The translations under genes and the position numbers were made by a program. The notes below the pieces were generated by a model, which was given only the letters and a program-made list of their open reading frames with translations, was not told the DNA's origin and did not search any database. Source: Chrysomallon squamiferum (Eukaryota > Animalia > Mollusca). From it: a stretch of DNA of 64,000 bases. The stretch covers positions 35,740,414 through 35,804,413 of the forward strand of contig CM022672.1 of assembly GCA_012295275.1 (NCBI GenBank), in the 5' to 3' direction. Shown here one piece after another: positions 1-14,000 of the stretch. Every line of letters starts with the position of its first letter. Position 1 is the first letter of the stretch.

Positions 1-153
1 CACTAGTATCACTATCTTGTTCTATCAACAAAAAAAAAAAAAATGGGTCCACGACAGGAAGAAAGCAAATGAACCCTGTTGACAGAAAATAAATAGGAGG
101 TTCTGCCAGTGTTAACATTCATATTGTTGTTAAAAACATTGAGAATAACTTAC

Positions 154-225
154 CTGTCAACAGCACCAGATTCATCTGTGACACTTTCAAACAGAGGTCT
201 CGACTTTTCATCTTCCTTCTCCAGC
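154..225 (-). CDS. CEP350: CEP350-like exon (LEKEDEKSRPLFESVTDESGAVD)
   Basis: CAG acceptor at 226-228, donor ag|gtaagt, phase 2/2, in frame with the exon at 526-883. Confidence 0.8.
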
Positions 226-284
226 CTGAAATCCAATTTATTATTTCATATTTTATAAAATAAGAAAATGAGTACTTCTATATG

Positions 285-361
<77 letters not shown>

Positions 362-1506
362 TGTACTTTTGTACATGTTAGACAGAGACAATGTTGTGGA
401 TATAACTAATGAAATTAGAAAAACAATCATCATAAAAAAAGAAAAGAAAAATCATCACTGAAAAAGAAAGTAAATTAATAAATCTCAAACGCTGTTATCA
501 AATAATTGAAATAAATGACACTGACCGACTGGTTCTAGCTTGGAACTTCTCACTCTGCCTCACTCCTGTCATCTGTTCTGACCACATCAAACCCTCGCCA
601 GCTTTGTGAACTGCTGTCCTGCTTGGTGCAGCATCTCCCACTGCAACATCAGACTCTTCAGTCACTGACGTCCAAGTCTTGTATTTTGTGTGAACAGACA
701 CACTTCCAGCAGCTGGCAGCACGTTGTTAGTTTGAAACAACGCTGCAGGTTGCAGAGGCTTTGGTGTCAAGTTTGTTGTCACTGTAGACGTGACTGGCTC
801 TTTTGATTCAAAGTGCGGAGACGAACTTGTGACAGATTTTCTTTCTGATTCTGTTGAGCTGGATGATTTTATCTGAACATTTTCTGTGTGAAAAAGATGA
901 GATAATTTTAATAAGAAAATAGCAAAAATAATAGTATAATAATAAATTTAATGACAAATAACAATAAGAACACTAATAATAATACTACTACTAATAATAA
1001 TAAAAATAATAAAACAACAGCAATGATATTAACAATCAAATAATAATGATATTAATAATAGTAACATGAGGAATTATAATTAGACAATTAATATTTATAA
1101 AGAAATATATCATTTACATATGCACTTTTCCAAAAGCACAAAATAACATTTATTTACTAGTATCAAATTCTGAAATAACAAATTAAAAAGATACAGAATA
1201 GATATCAGAATGTTTTCACAGTTCAATGATTGAGTGACAAAAGTTATTGATATTATTAACCTTTGCCCAGCTGTTTCATTTTGCGGTTGAAGACGTTGAG
1301 AACACTGTAGTGGTCTGCTGTGGGTTTGTCAAACGCTGGTACTGGTGAAGGTTTGAAAACGCAGGCTGCTGTCTGGTGTCGTCTTATACCAGACACTTTT
1401 CTGTCCTTCGTCTGCTTCGCAACCTGTCATATAAAAACTCCATTTGTTTCATTTCAACCCAAATAGCCATACTGGTTTTTTTTGCTCAGGTTTTGTTAAA
1501 CATTAA

Positions 1507-1555
<49 letters not shown>

Positions 1556-2045
1556 ACAGTATTCAAATTTTGACATGCAACTCATGACTGCCTATACAGC
1601 TACACTGGATAATCCCAAAACAATTTATGCAGTGATGTTAGTATTATATTAATTAGATGTCTCTAAAACAAGAACTGCCACAGGGTAACATAAGAAAGTG
1701 GAAGAGTAGAGAGTTAGTTTAGTGGTGGTTATGAGAGTGATTCAAATAAGCTTAGTTTTGACTAATGTTTGTCATACTATAGCTATGAGTTGTAGCAAAA
1801 TCTGTGACTTTAATGAAAACTTGATTAAAATTATGTGCCAAAGATTTTGTTTCAAAATTGTTATGAACGAGAACTAGCCTAAAATTCACATTTTAATAAA
1901 TATATAAATAAACATACATATAAAAAACAAACAAAGAATTAAATGAATGAATAAATGTAACTAAACAATAAAAAAGAAGAAAACAACAAATAAAAATAAA
2001 TAATTAAATAAATGACAAAACACTAAAATTTAACAAATAAACAAA

Positions 2046-2076
<31 letters not shown>

Positions 2077-5000
2077 AAATAAATAAAGATATAGATAAAT
2101 AAACAAATAAATAAATACAGATATAAATAATTTAACAAACTAACAAACAAACAAACAAATAAATAAGTAAATAAATAAAGGTATAGGTAAATAAATAAAT
2201 AAATAAATGCAGATATAAACAAACAAACAAACAAATAAATGAATAAAGAAAGATATAGGAAAATAAACAAACAAACAAACCAAAATGAATAAAGAAAGAT
2301 ATAGGTAAATAAACAAATAAATAAATAAATAAATAAATAAACAAAGAAATAAACTAAGATGATGGAACTAAAGATGTATGTAAAAAGATGTAAGTAACTA
2401 AAGATGTAACTAAAGATGTAAACTAAAAATGTATGGAAAAAGATGTATGGAACTAAAGATGTAACTAAATGGAACTAAATATGTAAAAAGATGTATGTAA
2501 CTAAAGATGTATGTAACTAAAGATGTAAACTAAAGATGTAACTAAATGAACTAAAGATGTATGTAACTAAAGATGTAACTAAAGATGTAAACTAAAGATG
2601 TAAACTAAAGATGTAAGTAACTAAAGATGTATGGAACTAAAGATGTAAACTAAAGAAACTAAAAAGATGTATGGAACTAAAGATGTAACTAAAGATGTAA
2701 GAACTAAATAAAAGATGTATGTAACTAAAGATGTAAACTAAATAAAGATGTAGATGTAACTAAAGATGTATGTAACTAAAGATGTATGGAACTAAAGATG
2801 TAACTAAATGTAAAAAAGTAACTAAAAAGATGTAACTAAAGATGTATGTAACTAAAAACTAAAGATGTAAACTAAAGATGTAACTAAAGATGTAACTAAA
2901 TGAACTAAAGATGTAACTAAAGATGTATGGAACTAAAGATGTGGAACTAAATGTATGTAACTAAAGATGTATGTAACTAAAGATGTAACTAAAGATGTAA
3001 CTAAAGATGTATGTAACTAAAGATGTATGGAACTAAAGATGTATGTAACTAAAGATGTATGGAACTAAAGATGTAACTAAAGATGTATGGAACTAAATGA
3101 TGTAACTAAAGATGTATGGAACTAAAGATGTAAGTAAAGATGTATGGAACTAAAGATGTAACTAAAGATGTATGGAACTAAAGATGTAACTAAAGATGTA
3201 TGTGTAACTAAAGATGTATGGAACTAAAGATGTAACTAAAGATGTAACTAAAGATGTAAGATGTATGGAACTAAAGATGTAACTAAAGATGTAACTAAAA
3301 GATGTAACTAAAGATATGGAACTAAAGATGTATGGAACTAAAGATGTATGGAACTAAAGATGTATGTAACTAAAGATGTAAACTAAAGATGTAACTAAAC
3401 TAAAGATGATGTAACTAAATGTATGGAACTAAAGATGTAACTAAAGATGTAAACTAACTAAAGATGTAACTAAAAGATGTATGGAACTAAAGATGTAACT
3501 AAACTAAAGATGTATGGAACTAAAGATGTATGGAACTAAAGATATGTAACTAAAGATGTATGGAACTAAAAAGATGTAACTAAAGATGTGGAACTAAAGA
3601 TGTAAAAAGATGTAAACTAAAGATGTATGGAACTAAAGATAAAAGATGTATGGAACTAAAGATGTAAACTAAAAGATGTATGGAACTAAATGTATGTAAA
3701 GATGTATGGAACTAAAGATGTATGGAACTAAATATGTAACTAAAGATGTATGGAACTAAAGATGTAACTAAAGATGTATGGAACTAAAGATGTAACTAAA
3801 GATGTATGGAACTAAATATGTAACTAAAGATGTATGGAACTAAAGATGTAACTAAAGATGTATGGAACTAAAGATGTAACTAAAGATGTAAACTAAATAT
3901 GTAACTAAAGATGTATGGAACTAAAGATGTATGTAACTAAAGATGTAACTAAAGATGTATGGAACTAAATATGTAACTAAAGATGTATGGAACTAAAGAT
4001 GTAAACTAAAGATGTATGTAACTAAAGATGTATGGAACTAAAGATGTAACTAAAGATGTATGGAACTGTAAACTAAAGATAAACTAAATATGTAACTATG
4101 TAACTAAATGATGTGTATGGAACTAAATGTGGAACTAAAGATGTATGGAAAAAGATGTATGGAACTAAAGATGATGTATGGAACTAAAGATGTAAGATGT
4201 ATGGAACTAAAGATGTATGTAAAGATAAAAAGATGTATGGAACTAAATATGTAACTAAAAGATGTATGGAACTAAAAGATGTATGTAACTAAAGATGTAT
4301 GGAACTAAAGATGTAAACTAAAACTATGTATGGAACTAAAGATGTAACTAAATGTATGGAACTAAAAGATGTATGGAACTAAAGATGTAACTAAAGATAT
4401 GGAAAGATGTATGGAACTAAAGATGTAACTAAAGATGTAAACTAAAGATGTAACTAAAGATGTAAAAGATGTAACTAAAGATGTATGGAACTAAGATGTA
4501 TGGAACTAAACTAAAGATGAACTAAAAGATGTATGGAACTAAATAAATGTATGTAAAGATGTATGGAACTAAAGATGTAACTAAAGATGTATGTAACTAA
4601 AGATGTAAATAAAGATGGAAGTAAAGATGTATGGAACTAAATATGTAACTAAAGATGTATGGAACTAAAGATGTATGGAACTAAAGATGTAAAGATGTAA
4701 CTAAAGATGTATGTAACTAAAGATGTATGGAACTAAAGATGTAACTAAAGATGTAAATGGAACTAAAGATGTATGGAACTAAAGATGTAAAACTAAAGAT
4801 GTAACTAAAGATGTATGGAACTAAAGATGTAACTAAAGATGTATGGAACTAAAGATGTAACTAAAGATGTAAAGATGTAACTAAAGATGTATGGAACTAA
4901 AGATGTAAACTAAAGATGTATGGAACTAAAGATGTATGGAACTAAAGATGTATGGAACTAAAAGACTAAAAGAAAGATGTATGGAACTAAAGATGTAACT

Positions 5001-8000
5001 AAAGATGTAACTAAATGTAACTAAAGATGTATGGAACTAAAGATGTAAAGATGTAAAGATGTATGAACTAAAGATGTATGGAACTAAAGATGTAACTAAA
5101 GATGTATGGAACTAAAGATGTAACTAAAGATGTATGGAACTAAAGATGTAACTAAAGATGTATGGAACTAAAGATGTATGGAACTAAAGATGTAAGTAAA
5201 GATGTATGGAACTAAATATGTAACTAAAGATGTATGTAACTAAAGATGTATGGAACTAAAGATGTAACTAAAGATGTATGTAACTAAAGATGTATGGAAC
5301 TAAAGATGTAACTAAAGATGTAAACTAAAGATGTATGGAACTAAAGATGTATGGAACTAAAGATGTAACTAAAGATGTAACTAAAGATGTAAAACTAACT
5401 AAAGATGTAACTAAAGATGTAACTAAAGATGTATGTAACTAAAGATGTAAAAGATGTAACTAAAGATGTAACTAAAGATGTATGGAACTAAAGATGTAAC
5501 TAAAGATGTATGGAACTAAAGATGTAACTAAAACTAAAGATGTATGTAACTAAAAAGATGAACTAAAACTAAAGATGTATGGAACTAAAGATGTAACTAA
5601 AGAAAGATGGAACTAAAGATGTATGGAACTAAAGATGTATGTAACTAAAGATGTATGGAACTAAATATGTAACTAAAGATGTATGGAACTAAATGTAACT
5701 AAAGATGTATGGAACTAAAGATGTATGTAACTAAATGTATGGAACTAAATGTATGTAACTAAAGATGGAACTAAAGTATGTATGGAACTAAAGATGTAAC
5801 TAAAGATGTATGGAACTAAAGATGTAAACTAAAGATGTAACTAAAGATGTAACTAAAGATGTAACTAAAGATGTAACTAAAGATGTATGGAACTAAAGAT
5901 GTAACTAAAGATGTATGGAACTAAAGATGTAACTAAAGATGTATGGAACTAAAGATGTATGTAACTAAAGATGTAACTAAAGATGTATGGAACTAAAGAT
6001 GTAACTAAAGATGTAACTAAAGGAACTAAATATGTAACTAAAGATGTATGGAACTAAAGATGTAACTAAAGATGTATGGAACTAAAGATGTAACTAAAGA
6101 AACTAAAGATGTAACTAAAGATGTATGGAACTAAAGATGCCTAAGATGTATAAAAAGATGTATGGAACTAAAGATGTAACTAAAGATGTAAGTAACTAAA
6201 GATGTAACTAAAGATGTATGGAACTAAAGATGTAACTAAAGATGTCTGGAACTAAAGATGTAACTAAAGATGTAAGTGACTAAAGATATATGTAACTAAA
6301 GATGTCTGGAACTAAAGATGTCTGGAACTAAAGATGTCTGTAACTAAAGATGTAACTAAAGATGTATGTGTAATTACTTTAGCAGGCCTGCTGTTGTCTG
6401 ACTCGCTCTCTGAGGCCTCTGTCACGGTGATGTCATCAAACGTCGATGTTTCTGACAACGATGATTCTTCAGGCTTTTCCTAAATTGAAAATTATAAACA
6501 AAATTTAAGTTACCATGACACTAATATATCGACTGAATAAAGAAAATATTTTTGTTCCATAGCTTGGTTTTTAAATAAACTGTTAAATAAGTTATCTTTT
6601 CACTGAATACAGCTTGTTTGATGTCATCTGTTTGCTAGTGTTCAAAACAAACAAAAAGGTTATCATTACTTTTTCACAGCAATTTTCTCATAAAACTGAT
6701 ATTAAAAATTAGGGTTCTTTTTTTAATTTTTGTGCACATTTTCTTTTTTACTCAATTTACTGTCAATCTAACAACGATTTTATGATTCTGTGTGCATGGG
6801 TGTGGGTGTGGTTTGTGGGCATGAGTGTTTAAAATAATTCAGCTATATTTTGATCAAACTACTGAAAACTGTTTGTCCTCAACATATTCAGAAAATATCA
6901 AAAATGGTTTCATTGTCAATGATCTAGCCAACAGCAAAGATGTTTTTTATTTATGTGTAATTTACCAAGCTGCTGCGTCTGTTGGGGTTCAAAGCCAGGT
7001 TGGAGCTGGTGTTGTTATGAAAAGCTGTTCTCATAGTGACGTGCTTGTCTAGCGGATTATTTTCCATAAACTTCACCTTCCAGTCTGTGGTTCCTGAAAG
7101 TTCACAAAAATAAGTTCAAGATAGGCTAGGAGAATAGAGAGAATGATTTATAACTAAGTACATTGAAAGAGATAAGTTCAAGATAGGCTAGGAGAATAGA
7201 GAGAATGATTTATAACTAAGTACATTGAAAGAGATAAGTTCAAGCTAGGCTAGGAAAACAGAGAGAATGATTTATAACTAAGTAAATTGAAAGAGATAAG
7301 TTCAAGCTAGGCTAGGAAAACAGAGAGAATGATTTATAACTGTAAGTACACTGAAAGAGTTAAAATGTAAGATATTTTAAAGTTAATTAAACTTGGTAAA
7401 GACCTATTTTACTTATAACAAATATAAAATATTCTAAAGTTAATTAATCTTGGTAAAAATCTATTTTACTTATAACAAATATGAAATATTTTAAAGTTAA
7501 TAGAACTTGATAAAGATCTATTTCACTTAAAACAAATATACAGCATTTTAAAATTAGATAACACTGGTAAAAAGATGTTTTTTTGTAAGATAAAGTTAGA
7601 CAAACCTGGTAGAGAGCCGCTGAATTCGTTGAAGCTTGGAGTTTGTATTCCAGTTATCCTGTCAACCTGAACTCCAGCTGATGCTGATGATTTCTGTAAA
7701 CCTGTGAAACAAACCATGTCAAGTTAACACACATTGAACAGGAGTTTTATATACTTACACAAAAATAATCTTAAGTAATAGTTTGATACATTTTTAAAGA
7801 TTAATCTTATGAAAATAATAACACAGAAATAAAAAAATAATAATGATCAAAGATTATCTCAATAGATTATCTGATGTAAGAGTTTTAAAGATTATAAAAT
7901 TACAACAGAATTAAATAAAATTAATCATCTCACGATCGGCCAGAAGTCTGCTGCGCAATGTGACGCCGATGCTTCATAAATAGCTTTTAAATCAGCCGTA

Positions 8001-11000
8001 GCGGTCGTCTGACTTGACGCGCTGGTCGTGGGGTCTCGCTGCAGCGACTGCTTGTATTTGGAAAACACTGAGAGAACACCGTCAACATCGATGTCCAGTT
8101 TCTTTCCTTGAACAGTAACTTTCTTAGTCAGCAGCTCATTCTTCATCTGCCTTTCTTCTACCTTTTCTTCCCTAAAACAAAGAAACATGTAAATCTCATC
8201 AAAAACTAGAATATGTAAGTTTTCTAGTTTCAGTGATGATCTGAATAGCCTAAAAAAACATTGATTTATTATTGTGATATCTAACAGATGTGATATGATC
8301 TAATAGATGTATTTCAAAGTAATTCTTTGTTATCAAGTTTAAATAATAATGTGTATATTTACCTATAAACATGTGATATTTTTATCTTTTTTAAAATTTG
8401 TGGTGGAAAAGCATAGAAAATCTAAAGAGATCAAAGTGACTGTTCCTAATGTAAAATTAACAAAATTATTTAAATGGATGCTTTCTGATCAGTGTAAAGA
8501 TAAAACATCATTTTCTAACTATGTTTCTCACAAAGGTTGATATCTAGTGTAGTTTAAACTCTGTGTAGTACTTTTAATCATGGTAATGTAAAATGTGTCT
8601 GTGTGACATTAAGTGTTGTCAACTTGTCTACAACTGTTTTTAAGAGTATTATGCAATCAGTCTAAATAGATTTTTAACCACCATGTTGATTAAACTGTTT
8701 TAACCACATGTAGATTACTGTGTTGATTATGAAGTATTTTAGACACCAAACTGTTTTTAATTCACTATATAGAATGATCTGTTTTAACTGGTTTGTTAAA
8801 CTATTTTTAACCACCATGTTGACTAAACTGTAACAACTGTAGATTAACTGTAGATTCAGTGTTACCTGGGTGTTGGTACTGGGGTGAGGTCGTCCTCTGT
8901 ATCACCTGTCAGGGTGGAACTCTCATCTTCAACATCCATCTGCTGAAAACTTTCTTCTTCAAGCCTGTGATACTGGCTGCCAATCTGCAACATTTACCAC
9001 TCACATTATTTTACATCTCAGTCTCACCTACATGTACAGTCTGCTCACACTAAAACACTTCCCATGTACAGTCTGTTCACACTAAAACACTTCCCATGTA
9101 GTCTGCTCACACTAAAACACATCCCATGTACAGTCTGCTCACACTAAAACACTTCCCATGTACAGTCTGCTCACACTAAAACACTTCCCATGTACAGTCT
9201 ACTCACACTAAAACATGTACAGTCTACTCACACTAAAACACTTCTCATGTACAGTCTGCTCACACTAAAACACTTCCCATGTACAGTCTGCTCACACTAA
9301 AACACTTCCCATGTACAGTCTGCTCACACTAAAACATGTACAGTCTACTCATACTAAAACACTTCTCATGTACAGTCTGCTCACACTAAAACACTTCCCA
9401 TGTACAGTCTGCTCACACTAAAACACTTCCCATGTACAGTTTGCTCATACTAAAACACTTCCCATGTACAGTCTGCTCACACTAAAACATGTACAGTCTG
9501 CTCATACTAAAACACTTCCCATGTACAGTTTGCTCATACTAAAACACTTCCCATGTACAGTCTGCTCACACTAAAACACTTCCCATGTACAGTTTGCTCA
9601 TACTAAAACACTTCCCATGTACAGTCTGCTCACACTAAAACACTTCCCATGTACAGTTTGCTCATACTAAAACACTTCCCATGTACAGTCTGCTCACACT
9701 AAAACACTTCCCATGTACAGTCTGCTCACACTAAAACACTTCCCATGTAGTCTGCTCACACTAAAACACATCCCATGTACAGTCTGCTCACACTAAAACA
9801 CTTCCCATGTACAGTCTGCTCATACTAAAACACTTCCCATGCTAATCTCATACCAACACACAAATCTGTACAGTACTCAAAATGAATGAGTGCAAATAAT
9901 GAAAATGGATAATTACGTGTCTTACTGGTTCCTTCAGTGTAGGTCTGAACAGTAAAACATCTACTTATTACTGTTTTAACAATATGGCCATCTTTTTTCC
10001 TTACAGGCCTCCTCGGTTCTAAAACCGTTTAGAACTAAAACAGTTTATTTTTACTTACTGATGGAACTGCGTGGTCATCCTTTAATCCCTGGCTGATGTT
10101 TTTCTTGCTGGGCTCCTCAGACACTGTGTTGTGTCTGGACATCTTCTTGGGCAGCTGGCGCTGAGGGACGGTGCGAGATCGCTTTGTGAGCAAGTCAAGC
10201 TGCTCTCTGCGTTTCTGATCTGCTATCTGCTGAGCCTGTTTCGCCTCGCGCTGGCGACGGTGACGCTCGGCTTTCTGTTTGGCGATGTACTTCTTTATCT
10301 GATCGCTGTTGTCTGAGCGATGTTTGTGACACGGCTGAAGTTTCTCCGTTTCTAAAAAGTAAAAACATTAATAACAAAATTAACAGTAACAGAATTAATT
10401 GCTTCCTTTCAGTATTTTTTATATAAAATTTTTTCATCTTCTTTTAAAATCTATCACTCACACATACACACAGACACACTCACTCACTCATACACTGACA
10501 CTCACTTACACATACTGACACACACACACACTGACACTCACACACTGACGCTCACTTACACATACTGACACACACACACTGATGCTCACTTACACATACT
10601 GACACTCACTTACACATACTGACACACACACACACTGACACTCACACACTGACGCTCACACATACTGACACACACACACTGACGCTCACTTACACTCACT
10701 TACACATACTGACACACACACTGATGCTCACACTCACACACTGATGCTCACACATACTGACACACACACACTGACGCTCACTTACACTCACACATTGACG
10801 CTCACTTACACATACTGACACACACACTGATGCTCACTTACACATACTGACACACACACAGACACTCACACACCGACGCTCACTTACACACACACATTCA
10901 CATTGACGCTCACTTACACATACTGACACTCACTCTCGTATGCATACACACTGACACTCACTCTCTTATGCATACACATTGACACTCACTTATGCATACA

Positions 11001-14000
11001 CATTGACACTCACTCTCGTATGCATACATACTGACACTCACTCTCGTATGCATACACACTGACACTCACACATTCACACTGACACTCACTCTCTTATGCA
11101 TACACATTGACACTCACTTATGCATACACATTGACACTCACTCACTGACATTTACACACAGAGAAACACAGATTGCAAAACTATCTGACAGAAACACAAA
11201 ATATCAAAAAATCTTTCTCTCCAACTATTTTCATTTAATCTGTTTATTTAAAAAAGAATCTTTCTCAATCTACAAAGTCAAAACACAAACCTGACTGTCT
11301 GGGAGCTTTTCTTTTTACTGAAAGTCTTTTCTTCTCCTGCTTCTTATACTCTTCTGATTCTAAAAAAAATATAATGGAAACAGTATTATAAAATGTTAAT
11401 CATTATGTTACAACCACATTTAATTCACGTCTATTTAAAATAATGTATCGAGGTAAATGGGCATTCAACAAAATTCCTTTAGCTTCGTTTTTGAGTTTAA
11501 AATAACAATACGATTTGTTTCACAAGAAAAGATAAAACTGTTTTTGTTTAACATTTAACTAACCTAAAATAAAATAAATTTTGACAAATATAAGTAGGCA
11601 AACATGTACATTCTGTACAGCTTGTGTGTATGTATAAGTGTGAGTGTGAGTGTATTTTCAAAATTATGATAAAAAATATATATAAAACTTGGAACTAAAT
11701 AAAACACTACAAACAGAAAGTAAATACAAGAACAAAACAATCAGACCGTAAGACACATTTGATGAGAAACTAAACAAAGTAAACAGTATATATAATCAGT
11801 ACACAAACAAACATATAAATAAAAACAGTGAAACTGGTGAAACAAAACTAAACAAAACTCCCTAAAAAACAAAAACAAAACAAAAAAACAACAACCTGGA
11901 ACCCCAAGAAAAAAAAAAAAAAAAAAAACAATTTACAATTTTAAAACATCATACTCTTTTCATGATCTGCTTGTTCTTCTTCTTGTAACTGCATGTCTTG
12001 TAATACTTTTCTGCTCTCCTCAGAAATGTTTTTTATTTCACCAGGACTAAAACCGAACCCAGCAGACTCAGTCTGAGCATCTTCTCCATTTTCTTTTTCT
12101 TCTGAAAACACAGAAATCAGATTTACTGGTTTACCAAAAATAGAAATTATTTGTTTTATAAAACTTGTGAAATGAAATACTGGAAAAAACATATTTGAAA
12201 CGATATATAAAAATATTTCTTATCACATTTCAGCAGCAAATGAAGAAAATATTGTGTTTGTGGCAGACAACATATACAGTAACCATTTGAAAATTCAATC
12301 TTTGATTGTGTAAATTCTTTGATCTTCTGAAACTGAAAATCTGGTTCCAGCTGAATTTCAGTATAAGCTAGTAACAAAAACCTTTGAACATTCAAATGTT
12401 GATTACTGAAAAATATATATTTCTGCAAGTCTTTTTAACCTAATACATAATTGCAGACAGTCTTCAAAGACTCCTATAATGAACTGTCAAAGTTCACTGA
12501 TTTGTTTTGTTTTTGCTTCAAACGAGTGTATTGTGTGAAACATGTATTGTGTCAAACATTCTGTACTGTGTCAAACATTCTGTATTGTGTCAAACATTCT
12601 GTGCTGTGTGAAACATTCTGTACTGTGTGAAACATTCTGTACTGTGTGAAACATTCTGTATTGTGTAAAACATTCCGTGCTGTGTGAAACATTCCGTATT
12701 GTGTAAAACATTCCGTATTGTGTCAAACATTCTGTATTGTGTCAAACATTCTGTAATGTGTAAAACATTCCGTGCTGTGTGAAACATTCTGTATTGTGTC
12801 AAACATTCTGTATTGTGTCAAACATTCTGTATTATGTCAAACATTCTGTAATGTGTCAAACATTCCGTGCTGTGTGAAACATTCCGTGCTGTGTGAAACA
12901 TTCTGTAATGTGTAAAACATTCCGTATTGTGTGAAACATTCTGTATTGTGTGAAACATTCTGTATGTGTCAAACATTCTGTATTGTGTCAAACATTCTGT
13001 ATTGTGTCAAACATTCTGCATTGTGTCAAACATTCTGCAATGTGTCAAACATTCTGCATTGTGTCAAACATTCTGTATTGTGTCAAACATTCTGTATGTG
13101 TGAAACATTCACCTCCACAGCTAGTTTTTTAATGAAAAATTTTGAAAAATCATTGTTATTTACATTTTATTTGCTCTCAGAATTTTAAAAAGATTAAGAA
13201 AAAGCCATATAAAATAATAAATAAATTAAACTATTAAACCGATATTTGTTTAAATCTTTCTTTATATTAAAAAAATTGGTGAACAGAGAAAATAGAAAAT
13301 TAATAAATAAAAATATCCTTATACCTTTATCTAAATCTTTCTTTATTGCTTCAGATCGTCGAGATTTGGTTTTTGCTGGTCCAAGTTTCTGACGAACCAG
13401 CTCTTGTCCAACCCTCCAAGACGATGTTGTGATGATATCTGGAAAACAAAAACACGAACTGTTCACACTTTGTTAATTCACTTTGTTACTCAAAAACAAA
13501 CAAATGAGAAATATAGTTTATTTCCTTACTGTAGGGCAGAAATGGAAAACTTTGATAAATTAAAAACTGCAGTAAATACCAAGAAATGTCAAATGTGTTG
13601 TTTATTCAATCTGTTATTTACTTAGTTAACAAAAATAAAACAAAAAAATAAAAAATAAATAAATAAATAAATAAATAAATAAAAGGATAAATCCTAATTG
13701 ATTTCCTTATTGTATGGCAAAATTGGAAAATGCTTGACAATTCTTGATAAACTGAAGAACAAATTTAAGTTTATTGTGAAGAACATCTGGTGTCTGGTTA
13801 GGAGGAAAGTATCTGTTGTAAACAGTGTGTGTAATCAATGTGTGTAAACAGTTGTAAACAGTGTGTAATCAGTGTGTATAAACAGTGTGTAAAACAGTGT
13901 GTAATCAGTGTGTGTAAACAGTGTGTGTAAACAGTGTATAATCAGTGTGTATAAAAACAGTGTGTGTAAACAGTGTGTAAACAGTGTGTAATCAGTGTAT

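Noticed and set aside
2004-2344. Hydrophobic or low-complexity ORFs (also 18352, 20500, 27584, 48585, 49546)
   Set aside because: They are translations of AAAT, TG, TATG and GA simple repeats.
9926-10034. Possible extra exon (EPRRPVRKKDGHIVK...) with a gtaag donor
   Set aside because: It would need a 24-40 nt intron and gives stops in the required phase; the flanking exons already join in frame.
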